Positions 11,101-22,615 of a stretch of 64,000 bases of DNA are shown piece after piece. The notes below the pieces were generated by a model, which saw only the letters and a program-made list of their open reading frames with translations, ran no database searches and was not told where the DNA came from. The translations under genes and the position numbers were made by a program. Every line of letters starts with the position of its first letter. The stretch's first letter is position 1. Origin of the DNA: Microthyrium microscopicum (lineage: Eukaryota); the NCBI GenBank assembly GCA_010405405.1, contig MU004237.1:286191-350190 (forward strand). The letters run 5' to 3'.

Positions 11101-13592
11101 GCTACCGTAAAGGCGCGAAAGGGGAAATTGCGATGGAGTGGATTGATGGTTCGCGCGTGCGCTAACAGCGCTGGGCTGGAGAATAGGCTGAGAAAGCCAC
11201 GCGATGGAACAAAAAACACCAAAACCGCGTTTGCGCCTCTTACGTTAGTCTAATTTCGGAGGATTTATTTTTCTTACTGCTCCCCGCATTTTTGGTTGCT
11301 CGGACGTGTTGATGTTTGGATACCGGTAACCGGTACTTGCTGAATATATGCCAGCGCTTCAGTTGACAGAAATGGGAGGGAATGCAATGAAGCAAGAAGA
11401 TAAGTCTTGCGGAACATGAACTGAATTTGGAGGAAGGGATGTCATCTTATGGGGGCCGGATGTCGCCTGTGGCCGGGAGTTCGCTGTGCGGATCAACTTG
11501 CGTTGTATGATTTATTGTCAATCATTGCAGGTGAAGATCGGCTGTTGCAGCGGCTAGGGGTGTTCGCTTGCAACCGAAAAGGAGATTCTCTGACTTCTAA
11601 AGACTTGCTGTTTTGGGAAATTGAGAGATAAATAAAGATTGGGGGTTGAACGTAGTGATCAGTACATGTCTGATAGCAATAATTGGAGGTGTGAGATCTA
11701 AGATTTCGCATTGCATTTCATAGGTATAACAATATGTTAAAAGACTTTGAAGTCAGGTGTTTCAGGATATTTTGATAGTACATAAAGCTCGTTCCTAACT
11801 TCGTAAGGCAAGCAGTCCGTTGACCCCTTGCTGTCAAGTGGTATCCGTAATCCGTACTTCGTGGTCTTGGACGCTTCTTCACATGTCCATCTGGCATCGT
11901 GGTCCAAAATCGCGTAGTTACTCGTAAGTGAAATCGGTCCCTGAACCAGAAAGTGCTCTCTGGATTTAATAGCGAAGGCTTCTGGATCTCGACGAGTTCA
12001 TCGAGGCGTAGAGGATCGGTTTTGTAGCGAACTCGATGCTCTGAGGTTGAGCAGGGGGTACGCCACGAGCTGCTGGTGCGACAAGAGGTTCACACTAAAC
12101 CCTTTCGGTAACATGTATTCAGGAACAAGTGGATTGATGCGGTTCAAATTAGGGAGATCAAAAAGACGCCAGAAAACGGCTAGCAAGGTGTTTGAACAAG
12201 GCGACGCGGAGCCGGCCCCTGACATTAGTCGACATGCATGTGCTCCAGGGCCTGGCATCATCAAAGAGTCCTTGACCAGAACCACCACCAAACTGTCCAA
12301 ACTGTCGCAAAGACCACCAAAACCACCACAACTGCTCCACATATCACTTCAGTACCGTGGATGTGCCCGTATTTGACCACTTCTGATCCCAGTCGGCCGA
12401 CATCAGCAAGGTGTTTCCATACTCCACCAGTCCACATGGCTTTTGACATGCCCGTCGTCAAACCCAGCTCATCCTTCCTTTGACCCTTCCAAAGGGCCCA
12501 ATTGCATCTTTGTTTCTCACTTCTCTGGCAGACTTTTGGTAATATTTGCGTTGAGCAATATCAAGGCACCCGGCAGAGGATTCCACATGCACGGCAGCGC
12601 GTCATTCCTTGTGTAGCACCACTGCACTCTTTGCACCACCTTCTTTTCCGTTTCTTGCTGCTCCACCTGCTTCGTGCCCCGTACACTCTCTTCCACCCCA
12701 GGCTCGCCAGGTCGCTGTCGCTCCTTTGTTATTCTATTCCCATTTCCATTTCCATCTCTATCTTGATCTCCTTGCTCTCTGTGAGAGTCCCCCAGCAAGT
12801 CGACTCTTGCCATCAACTCCAAGCCCTTGACGGACATCAATGAGCCCTGCCAATCATAACAATTCAATCACAGAGACCCTCTCCACTGCTTTTAATCTGC
12901 GACGACTTTCTTCGCGTAGGTCCACAGCCCCAGGTCTTTGGCCTTACTCACGCTCTTTTCGGGCTCTCAATACAATCGGATTGGCTTATCGTATTTCGAA
13001 TACACCTTACTTCCAGGGTGTAGCTTCGCTCACGCAGTTTTAATCTCGACCTCGTGCTATCAGCAACTACCACCTGGAATCCCTAGGAGCTGGAAAGCCC
13101 GACCTTCAATCATTTCATCATCCCGCTGGATCAATTCATTAACTACCTATTCTATCATCTAGACATCAACCAAGGAGCCTAGTCACTGGCGACCAACCCC
13201 TTAGGCGACACATCGTACCACCAACCATTTATTATATCCGCGGCTATCGTGAGGCTCCATCTTCAATACCTCAATCTGCACCGCCGTAGTTTAGACTCTG
13301 ACCGGGCAATTCATCGGAATCTATTCTTGGTCCCTCGTGGTATACGGCATATCGGCGCTTCAAGCCAACGCAACGATTTCCGAGCCTCCAAGATCCACAT
13401 CTCAGGTTGGACAAGATTGTGGCTCTGCGTCATTCATCATTACACAACATAACACTGCGCCCCGCCGACATGATGAACTTTGGTCAGAATCGCTGATTGC
13501 TTTCTGAGATTGACCATCTAGGCAGTTATCCAGCCCGAGTGGTTTCGCTACCATATTATCCTTAGCTCGCCCCGTACACATCGATATCGATC

Positions 13593-16043
13593 ATGGGGAT
13601 ATCGAGACCGCCAATCGACCTTAATGGCGCCTGTTCGACCGTTTACAACAATACTCTATTTCTATACTCAGCCGCGGGATTTCAGGAAATACCACTGACC
13701 GACGGGGCAAAGTGGAAAGTACTTCCACCAGGTGTATCAGTATCTGGAGGGGTTTGCGTAAATGCACTGATTCCTGGAAATGATGCAGCATCTGCGCTAT
13801 ACATCGTTGGAGGCAGTGCAAACTCAACGGAACCCAACTATCCTGGAATGCAGCGTTACGTCTACTCATCTGGCACATGGGAGAACATACAAACCCAAGT
13901 ACTGGTCGCGCAAAATCGCCGAAATCATGGCGCGGCATTCTTACAAGAATCTGGATCCATCGCAATATATGCAGGCTCACAGGATTCTGCAAACACCAAT
14001 CCTTCATCACAAACTTTTCTAATTTCTACACAACCACCATATAGCGTTCTTTCATTCACATCTACCGCTCCCCCACTAACTGCCCCCATGTTTATGCCTT
14101 GGAACGAATCTCATGCTTTGATGGTCGGTGGATCAACCGACAACAAGAAGTTGTATCTTTTTGGCCGAGGGGGATGGTCTGATCTAGGTACAACAATACC
14201 TGAACCCATAGCTAATGACGAGACCCATTGTACAGTGGCAACCGGCGACGATGGTACCAAAGTGCTACAAGAATACAATCTTGGAGTATCACCCAACACT
14301 CTAACAAGATATCTACTCTGGAGCAATGGCCAGCCAGCTCCGGTTGGTACTCTTATTGGAGCACCAAAAGGGGCAAAGCGGAAAAGAGACTCGACGGGAA
14401 CCTGGCCAGCGTACAACGCATCTGGAGCACCAACAGAAATACGGCAGGACTTTTCCATTGCTCAAGCACCGAATGGCTATGCCATAATATCAGGAGGTAG
14501 TGATTCTAATCCTGTAGTAATATTTAACGAAAAACAAAACGCATGGGTTGATACCACCTCGGTATTTGGGAATCAACCTCAGACTCCATTAATCAATCCA
14601 TCATCCACAGCAAAGTCAAGCTCTGCTGCATCAACATCAACTTCCAAGCCCAGTACTACAGCAGCAGCCGGTGCAGGCGGATCAACAAGTCATGGACTCG
14701 TCGTCCTTGGAGCCACTTTAGGAGCCATTCTTGGAGTCGCTGCTCTACTGGTTGCCATCTTGCTCTTCCTTAAGAGACGATCAGACAAGAAAGCAATGGA
14801 AGCAGAAGGAGGCAGATCAAACGAGAAAAATAATCGTCTCAGCTTTGCAGACCAAGGTGCCGCGGATTTGAGTGTAGAGAAGCCTTTAGACCGGTCATAT
14901 CATGACTCGATAACCTCTCTCCAGATCTTTCAAGGCAAAGCCCCTGGTCATCGTCGCGGCCAAAACAGTGATAGCAGTACAGCAGGCCTCGTCCACAACA
15001 AGAGCGCCCTTGGTACTCATGAACCCTTGGAGCTCAACAACATAGGCAACCAATCTCCTCAAGCCAGTCGTGTCAACACACCACAATATAATCCCGAGAC
15101 GCAACAATACGGCGAACTCGACCGTGGTGAACAAAGCCGCTCTGCAGGCTGGTCCCAATACTTCAATGGCAACAATGTCACCGACTTGGGAGCCGGAGCA
15201 GCCGCCGGCGCAGCAGCAGGTGGTGCTCTGGCCGCTCACCACCATCATAATCAACAGCAACAACACCAGCAGCAAGGCGGTATTGGCCACAAAGGCACCT
15301 TCCTACACGACCCCCACCACTCCACGCAATCCTCCTTCTCCGGCAGCGACTATGACGAATCTCGCCGCACCACCTCCAACATGCGCCCTCTGGAACTAAA
15401 TCTTGGCCCCAAATTCGACAGTGACCGCATCCGTCGATCTCGCGACATAGGACCAACACGCGACGGCCACGACAGCTTCAACTTTGTAGCTGGCCGCGCC
15501 ATCTCCACCGGCTCTGGCTACTCATCCGTGTACTACGCCGACGATCCGCAACGCGTCAGCCAAATATCCGCCATCATGCCCGTGCCGCCCATCGGTTCGT
15601 CACAATACGGCAACGCGTTCGCGAATCGTCCAAGTACGGCGCCTGGCCACATCGCAACAAACATTTACGCAGTCCCACATCCGCAACCCGTGATGCCGCC
15701 GCTAAGGACAATGAACAGCGGCCAAGCGACCCCAGGCGCCGTATCAAGTCACATGGCAGCAATACCACAGAGCGCAGTCACATATAACACCAGCAGCAGC
15801 AGTGATTCCGGCGCAGCCCTCGCCCACGAATTCCCCATGCCAGCCGTCTACGACTCGCCGCAACGAGCCCTCCCCGCCTTCCCAAGAATAGCAGGACGAG
15901 GAGACAGCGCCGCCGGTCCCAGTGGAGCAAACAGCCCAATGCCAGAGTCACAGCCACGCTCCGGCCCAGTGTTACGCAAAATGACAGGCAGCGAAGATAT
16001 GTCCTGGCTAAACATCAATGCGCCAGCGGGACGACCGATATAG
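13593..16043 (+). CDS. Single-pass membrane protein with Kelch/galactose-oxidase-like beta-propeller, Ser/Thr stalk and long disordered cytoplasmic tail
   Basis: 816-aa ORF with LYIVGG/LMVGG/IISGG kelch-like repeats, an internal KRKR site, and TM LVVLGATLGAILGVAALLVAILLFL followed by KRR. Confidence 0.85.
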   Translation: MGISRPPIDLNGACSTVYNNTLFLYSAAGFQEIPLTDGAKWKVLPPGVSVSGGVCVNALIPGNDAASALYIVGGSANSTEPNYPGMQRYVYSSGTWENIQTQVLVAQNRRNHGAAFLQESGSIAIYAGSQDSANTNPSSQTFLISTQPPYSVLSFTSTAPPLTAPMFMPWNESHALMVGGSTDNKKLYLFGRGGWSDLGTTIPEPIANDETHCTVATGDDGTKVLQEYNLGVSPNTLTRYLLWSNGQPAPVGTLIGAPKGAKRKRDSTGTWPAYNASGAPTEIRQDFSIAQAPNGYAIISGGSDSNPVVIFNEKQNAWVDTTSVFGNQPQTPLINPSSTAKSSSAASTSTSKPSTTAAAGAGGSTSHGLVVLGATLGAILGVAALLVAILLFLKRRSDKKAMEAEGGRSNEKNNRLSFADQGAADLSVEKPLDRSYHDSITSLQIFQGKAPGHRRGQNSDSSTAGLVHNKSALGTHEPLELNNIGNQSPQASRVNTPQYNPETQQYGELDRGEQSRSAGWSQYFNGNNVTDLGAGAAAGAAAGGALAAHHHHNQQQQHQQQGGIGHKGTFLHDPHHSTQSSFSGSDYDESRRTTSNMRPLELNLGPKFDSDRIRRSRDIGPTRDGHDSFNFVAGRAISTGSGYSSVYYADDPQRVSQISAIMPVPPIGSSQYGNAFANRPSTAPGHIATNIYAVPHPQPVMPPLRTMNSGQATPGAVSSHMAAIPQSAVTYNTSSSSDSGAALAHEFPMPAVYDSPQRALPAFPRIAGRGDSAAGPSGANSPMPESQPRSGPVLRKMTGSEDMSWLNINAPAGRPI

Positions 16044-16477
16044 AACCCCACCAGGTGATGAACCATACCACCACCCATGAAAGAGGAGGAAATCATATTT
16101 TCTTGTATTGTATTAATGTCTTATACCAAAACGAACACCCAAGGTGCTTTACCCGCTCGGCGGAGCGTGAGCATGTGTCACTATTATTCTATTTCTTCTT
16201 CATCTTCTTTTTATTAGCGTCATTGGGCACCATTTTTATTTCTGTATATACGGGAAAAACTAGCTATTGCGGTTTAAGCATGGTGCTATGTATGGGTTGT
16301 TAGAGGTGTGGAGGTGGTGGCTGTATGATGATTGGAAGTGTATGTTGGTAATGTCTTTGGGAATGTGGTGAATGTGGGAGGATGGCGGATTATATATGTT
16401 GGTGGTGGAGGTGGTGAATGAGACAAGATTAAAGAATCTGCTGCGTTCTCTCGTGAAATGCTTGTGCTGGGATGTAG

Positions 16478-16992
16478 TCTTGAGGTGATATGACTTTGAG
16501 GTGGTATAGATTTGAGGTGATATAGATTTGAGGTGATGAAGATTTGAGGTGATATAGATTTGAGGTGCCATGTTTTCTTGAGGCGTGGCGTTGAGGTGGT
16601 CTAGGTTTGAGGTGGTTTATCTACGAGGTGGCATATCTACGAGGTGCTATCGATAAGTAGTCATGAGGTGGTATGTTTCGCAGGCTGTATAGTGTTGAGG
16701 TGATATGGTTTTAAGGCGGTCTAAGTTTGAGGTGATCAGATCTTGAGGGAGCCTTGCTTTGAGGTAGCATTGTTTTAAGGTGGTAGTTTGAGGTGCTAAC
16801 TTGAACGGTAATATGGCTTTGAGGTGATATGATTGCGAAAGGAGAAGGCCCCGAGTTATTGAGTTAGTGCTGAGTTGAGGTGGTGTAGTTTTGAGGTAGC
16901 TTCGAGGTGAGATGGTTTTGAGGTGAGATGGTTTTGAGGTGAGATGGATTTGAGGTGATTTAGCACCGACGTGATATAGCTACGAGGTGATA
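16478..16992. repeat. Degenerate minisatellite, 16-bp period, core TTGAGGTG, roughly 28-30 units
   Basis: TTGAGGTG recurs at 16480, 16496, 16512, 16528, 16544, 16560 ... 16918, 16934, 16950. Confidence 0.9.
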
Positions 16993-17262
16993 AGGATTAT
17001 GAATAATGTATGGTATGTTATTGAAAGTTGAATTCGATACGCCAAAGAGGATATATGCCATGTGCTATCTACACTTTTACAAGATCCACCGCCAATTCCA
17101 AAAGGCCAAATACCGCCGAAAACGCCGCGCTTGTTGAAGGCAGCACAACACAAGAAGCCTACTCGCACACTACCAATTTCACCCCCTTTTCCCTAACCAT
17201 CGCCAATCCCACCTGTTGAACATCGCGACCCCATTCTTTCTTTCAATTTCCATCACTCATAT

Positions 17263-18075
17263 CTATCCCTGCTTCTTCGCCCTCTCCGCCTCACGCTTCG
17301 CATAAATAGCCCCCGTGAACGGATCCTCATACCTCAACGCAATCCCATACGCAACCCAAACCAACCCCGTCATCAGCAAACCCGCCGGTTTTCCAAACCA
17401 CAACGCCGTCGCCGCAAAACTCATCGTTGACCCAAGGTACATCGGACAGCTAGATACATTGAATGGAAAGCCAGTGACCATGTCGTCCATTAGCATGCCA
17501 AAGTAGTCGCCCAAGTATGTGCCGGTGACGCCGAGAGCCCACATGGAAGTTAGGACGAGGGTGTTGCCGGAGAGGAAGAGGAGGGCGGCTAGGGGTGTTG
17601 TGAGAGAGGAGGATTGGAGGGTGGGAGAGGTTGGTTGGTTGCGGAGGGCGCGTTCATATCTGCGAGAGGGGGATGGTTAGTTGGTTTGATGTATGGGATG
17701 ATGCGGCTTGGGGAGATGTACAGAAAGTCGCGGAATATGCCGAGGGAGAAAATTGTTATGGCTAGGAGGTAGCAGCCATATCGAGGGTTGCCGCCGGCGA
17801 GTTTGGTGATTACTTTGTTGTTGTATTCTTCGCTTGATTAGTTCTTGAAGTCGAGAAGCTGATGGAGCTGCGTCTACCTGCTCTGGCGGCGATGCTGGAG
17901 ATGTTAGTGTATGTTCAATTGGTCTGGGATGATAGAACTCACTTCCAGAACGTTGGGTTGAATATGATGGACGCTATGGATACTGTAGAAGGTCAATTGG
18001 ACATCTATAGAGCTTGGGATGAAACATACTCCACAGCGTTGGCTGGTTAAAGTCGACGTATTTGAGGAAATCCAT
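17263..18075 (-). CDS. OPI3: Phosphatidyl-N-methylethanolamine N-methyltransferase (phospholipid methyltransferase), 5 exons
   Basis: MDFLKYVDFNQPTLW / IIFNPTFWN / ALGVTGTYLGDYFG / VTGFPFN / PMYLGST / YEDPFT. Includes a 17-nt microexon. Confidence 0.93.
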
Positions 18076-18725
18076 GTTTGCGAATGTATGAGATCAAGAA
18101 TGAGTGAGGGAGGGTCAATACGAAAACGAAGATGCTGATTTTCACAGGCTTATAGGCTGATGCTGGTATAAAAGCAAAGCAGCTCAATCGAGTAGAACAT
18201 AAAAAGTCTGGGGAAGAACAAGCAAACTGTGGTGTTTCATTTCGATTTGGTCCGAGCTCGGTCTAGAGTTAGCATGATGTGAGGATGCTTGGCCACGAAC
18301 ATCGCGACTCGATCACCAATGCAGTATGACGTTGTGTGGGGACACTTCCAAAAAGTTGTGTACAAGCCAATCCGTTGGCAACAAAGTACCATACGCTACA
18401 TGTACTCAATTGGGTCAATAACGACCTGGAAAATAATAAACAGCAGAGCAGAGAATTCGAAAATGTATCCCATGTATCCACACCTCGTCCAACCCAACTC
18501 CCAGCATATAAAATCACCATATGCTTTGCCGCTCCATGAAAATACTTCTATACAGCAATTCGCGAATGTACAAGACTAATCACAAGGGCGTTTAATATGC
18601 CTTAAACAAAACGTATAAGTACGAACTCATTGTGGCTGCATTGGCTGAGCTTTTCTCCAAATGTGGTGTTTTTGTGTGCAACGTTATTCTCGTCACGACA
18701 TGTGCTTCATAACTTTCGTGATTAT

Positions 18726-19704
18726 TCACCGAAATTCAAAGCCCATTTCAAAGCCAGGGTGAATGTTGGTTGGCTTGAGTTCGAGATGCTGAAAGCTGTA
18801 AACTGTTAGATTTGTAGTCTCAAAATGTGGAAGGCTATGCATACCGATCGCTTCTAGCATGATAGTATGCGCCAGTTATCGTTCCAGTTTTCTGATTGAA
18901 ACAGATGTAGTAGAACCCATCAAAACTAGCATCTGGCAGGTGTCTAACCGTATGGTCCGGAACAAGGAAATGTTCCTTCCAGCGCATCCAAATATTCTCC
19001 TTTTGCATCCAATTCTTATTGACAAAGTTTGGCTTGCGCGCATCTTTCTGGATCGGTCTCCATTGAGGAAATCGCCCCCAATGTTGCCAGTCCGTCTTTT
19101 CATTTGCGCCCCATTCAGGGTGTTGCGTCACGAAGCTATATTTTGTGCCAATCATCTCGCCCTCAAAGTAGGTTGTGAGTGACGGATGAGCCTCTGTCAG
19201 GCCGCGGATCTTGAGATATCCGCAGAGATATGAGTCTTCCATGTCGACGTGCTGGATGTCTACTACGACTTCATATTCGGCCTTATCCGAGCGCTGAATG
19301 CCGCTGAAACGTGCGCCGGGTTTGAGGAAGGATGACGAGGAATTGGGCCGGAATCTGACGGCTCGAAAGGGCTCGCATAGGAGGTCTGCGGTACTGCTTT
19401 GCCGAACTGGGGGCTCTGAAGATGTAAGGCCATGAGACGAGTGGTGTTGTTCAGACTCGAGGTTTGCGCTTCCTTCGTCTATACTGCTGACTGGAGTAGG
19501 AGTATCGCGAATTGGCTCTTCGATTTCTTGGGTGTTTGACTTTGGAGGATCTTCTGAGTCGACCAACATGGGTTCAGTCTGTGACGTATCCGGCTCCGAG
19601 AGGGAATCAGAGGATGTATTATCAAAGGAAGGTGGACAAAATGATCGGCCGCTTGCTTCAGCTTGCGGCTGAGCAAGAACCGGGGGTTCGTGTTCGGTAG
19701 GCAT
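18726..19704 (-). CDS. GID4: GID/CTLH E3 ligase substrate receptor Gid4 (Vid24)
   Basis: FLKPGARFSGIQRS, LCGYLKIRGLT, TYFEGEMIG, DWQHWGRF, MRWKEHFLVPD, SFDGFYYIC. The last exon after one intron ends ..FEFR* at 18726. Confidence 0.92.
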
Positions 19705-20612
19705 GACTGTATGTGTATGAGGGATTAAGGACTCGAGGCGTGTGGTGTGAGCATGTGTCTAAGTAATACAATTGGCGAAGGGACAAAAGAGAGCAATGAG
19801 TTGGAATGATGTGCAAGATTGGTGAAAGTCGAGGTTCCCATAGTGTGGAAGAGAGAGGTAATTAATCCATATTTGCGGAAGACAAAGGGAAGAATTGAAG
19901 GTTGGGCAAGTGGAAGTGGTGAGAAGATGGGAAGTTGGGATAGTGGAGACTTGTCGAGAGAGTAGTAGCGTGGTCAACTTCTCATAGAAGGGTCAAGGAA
20001 AGGGCTAGACACAGCGCAAGGTGTGGTTGGCTAGAATTGACCAGGGACGGCCGAAGATGGTGTACAGAGAAGGGAAATGGGCAATAGAGAATTGTGTTGA
20101 GGATAGAGCATAATGGTGTTTTATTTTCATACACTGAGGTACAGATGGTTGCTAGGCAGGACCATACATGTCTAGTGGTACCTGAGAGGGGAAGGCACGA
20201 TGGGCAAAACAGGAAAGCAGACCTCGTGGTTCGCAAGTTCAAAGTCGCGACTTCCGCAAAGTTCGCATCGCGGGCAGGAGCAATCGGCAATTTTCAAATC
20301 GTCCTGGCCAAATTCGGAATAGCTCAACGGAGGCTTGTCACGAGGATCACTTTAGGGAAACAACCAATCGATTATGCGGGGAAGAATGCCACACTTCTGG
20401 CCCCTTTGTTTTTTCCTCCTATCTCCAACTTCATCTTGTCTCTGCTCGAGGTTTATTTAATCATTCACCATCATGAAGAGCCTGGTTTCGATGGAAGTCT
20501 TCTTATGGACTGGCTGATTAACTGATTGTAGAAATACAAAGTCGTCAAAATGTTCAAACACAAAACCACAAGCCGAATAGCTCTCTGGCAGACAACAATT
20601 CCCAGAGATGAT

Positions 20613-22615
20613 TCACTGCGTATGGCTTGCTGGTAGTTCTACCGCAGCTGAATGAATGGCATCCGTATGCAACTCAACTGGAGCCGGTGCTGGTGGACTA
20701 TGCAACTCCACTGGTGCTGGCGGCGGCGGTCTATATAACTCTGTCGGAGGCCTGGAACCCATCAGTGTAGGACTATACAGCTCTGCCGGCATATTTGAGT
20801 CCATTCCTTGATATTTGGCTACATCAGCGTGCTGTGACTCGGGAGATATAGGAGGACTGGGATAGAAACTACTTCGTTCTGGTTTTGCGTCCCCTGGTTG
20901 TTCTGTTTTCAGGTCTCCACTTGGCTCAACATCAGGCTGTGCTTTTGCTTCACGCCGTTTCTTCATGCAAGTTATCGCAAGTATCACAGCAATTGCAACT
21001 GCGATCGCAAAGACACCTACGGCAATCCCCGCAATTGCCCCAATGCTCAATTTTGTCTCTGCGACCCCATTTCCTGATCCGGATCCGGATCCGGATCCAG
21101 AGCCCGGCCCACCAGGCGATGATGATGTTGACGATGATCCGCTGCCATTTATATCAACGGAATCGTCCGACCCGCATGATGCTACTGGTATGAGAGTGGA
21201 GTCAGTAGTTGGTTTTGCTCGCCACAATGTGAAAGTCATGGTATCCCAATTCACGAACAACACCACCGCAGAAAAAAACTGTCGACCGATCTTTGGCACG
21301 ACATTCTTCGTATCTCCAGTCAACCTGTCGACAAGGATGGTTCGGTTGCCAGTATCTGTACGGTAATACATCTTCCCATCGGACTCTTGGGCCACCAGCT
21401 CTGGAATCTTCAGCTGATTATTCGGTATCTGAATTGGATAGTTCGGGGGCAGCGTAAAGATGAAGGTTCCATTAAATCTGCATTGCTTATTAGAGATTCC
21501 ACTGCTCGGACTTATCACAGATTTGTTGCTTCACTTACGTGTCATTTCCAGGAAACACCTCGCTATACATGTTCGGTCCCCATGATACGATTTCCTGAAC
21601 TTGTTGGATCTTCGCGCTGCTCTTGAACGTCGTAAACATGTTCGTCGTCATGGAGAACATGGTGGGCCAGTCAGGAACGATGCAAAAGCTTTGCGGCGTG
21701 ATATCCAATATGTTAACCTTTGGAGGATATGCCTGAGGAAACTTCATGTATAAAGCGGTGACTGGTACAACCATTCCAGTTGTGCAATTATCACTAACGG
21801 CCAAAGGGAACGTGATATTGTCGCCCGTGATTTTGGCGGTGTCATAGCCTCCAAGAACTAGATTTCCATCGTGGTTTTCTTGATCTGGAGCCCCGGAGTC
21901 ACCCCACCAGTAAGACCAGGATAATGAATTAATCTTCCCGGCCTTTTTGAGGGAAGTAAGCAGAGTAGATTGTGGTCCCATACCAAGGAGATGTTGATTG
22001 TAGTACCAATCTTTGGACCATTGCATACTCTGTACCGCTAAAGGAAATTTGTCTAGAGAGTCAGAGCCTATGCCTCGTTAGTACTAATCTTGCAAACTTT
22101 ATTGATGCAGTCTGTGAGGTGGAAAAGAAATATTTACCATTGAGAGACATAGTATCAGTACCGAATAATGCTTTCTGCAAAACGGAATCCGAACTATCAT
22201 TTGGCGCCCCAGCATCTTTTGCGCTGCTCTTTGCAGACCAAGAGGACGACTTAGTGCTGTCAAACAAGTTCCCTCGGTATGAAACGCAGTAGTCTTTGGT
22301 AGTCGATACGCCAAAATGACTGGTAGTTGGACATGTATCGGCGTTAAAAACATAAGTGTTGCTAATATCACTAGTACTCGATCAGCAAGACTCCTAGACA
22401 TATGATGAACAAAGCACATACGCATGAACAATAAACGCCAAAGTCTGTGGTGGCGTTCCTACGGTGACTGCAGCACCACGAATGGTTTGTTGGTTTGATA
22501 ATTGAATGTTTGTAATCGGAATAGAGATTGCTTTGGCAACGTCTGCATGACAGCTGGTGGCTGCAGATACAATGGTGATAGCAATAGCAAAGGCGAAAAG
22601 CTTCGAGGTAGCCAT
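20613..22615 (-). CDS. Type I membrane protein with aspartic-peptidase (A1) fold, 4 exons; catalytic DTG/DSG motifs absent
   Basis: Signal peptide MATSKLFAFAIAITIVSA; VTVGTPPQ; LLGMGPQSTLL; GNLVLGGYD; IGRQFFSAVVLFVNWD; TM LSIGAIAGIAVGVFAIAVAIAVILAI; tail with PVEL repeats. Confidence 0.85.

Noticed and set aside
11095..11430. RNase P RNA-like GGGAAATT and TGCAAT motifs on + strand
   Set aside because: No properly placed CR-V partner to form P4; better explained as promoter DNA.
11935..11985. TPP-riboswitch-like TCTGGAT..AGCGAAGG
   Set aside because: Lacks CTGAGA and GATAAT-CCAGCG cores; no thiamine gene nearby.
16478..16992. CRISPR-like repeat/spacer appearance
   Set aside because: Eukaryotic context, 8-nt core and 8-nt linkers are far too short, and there are no cas genes.
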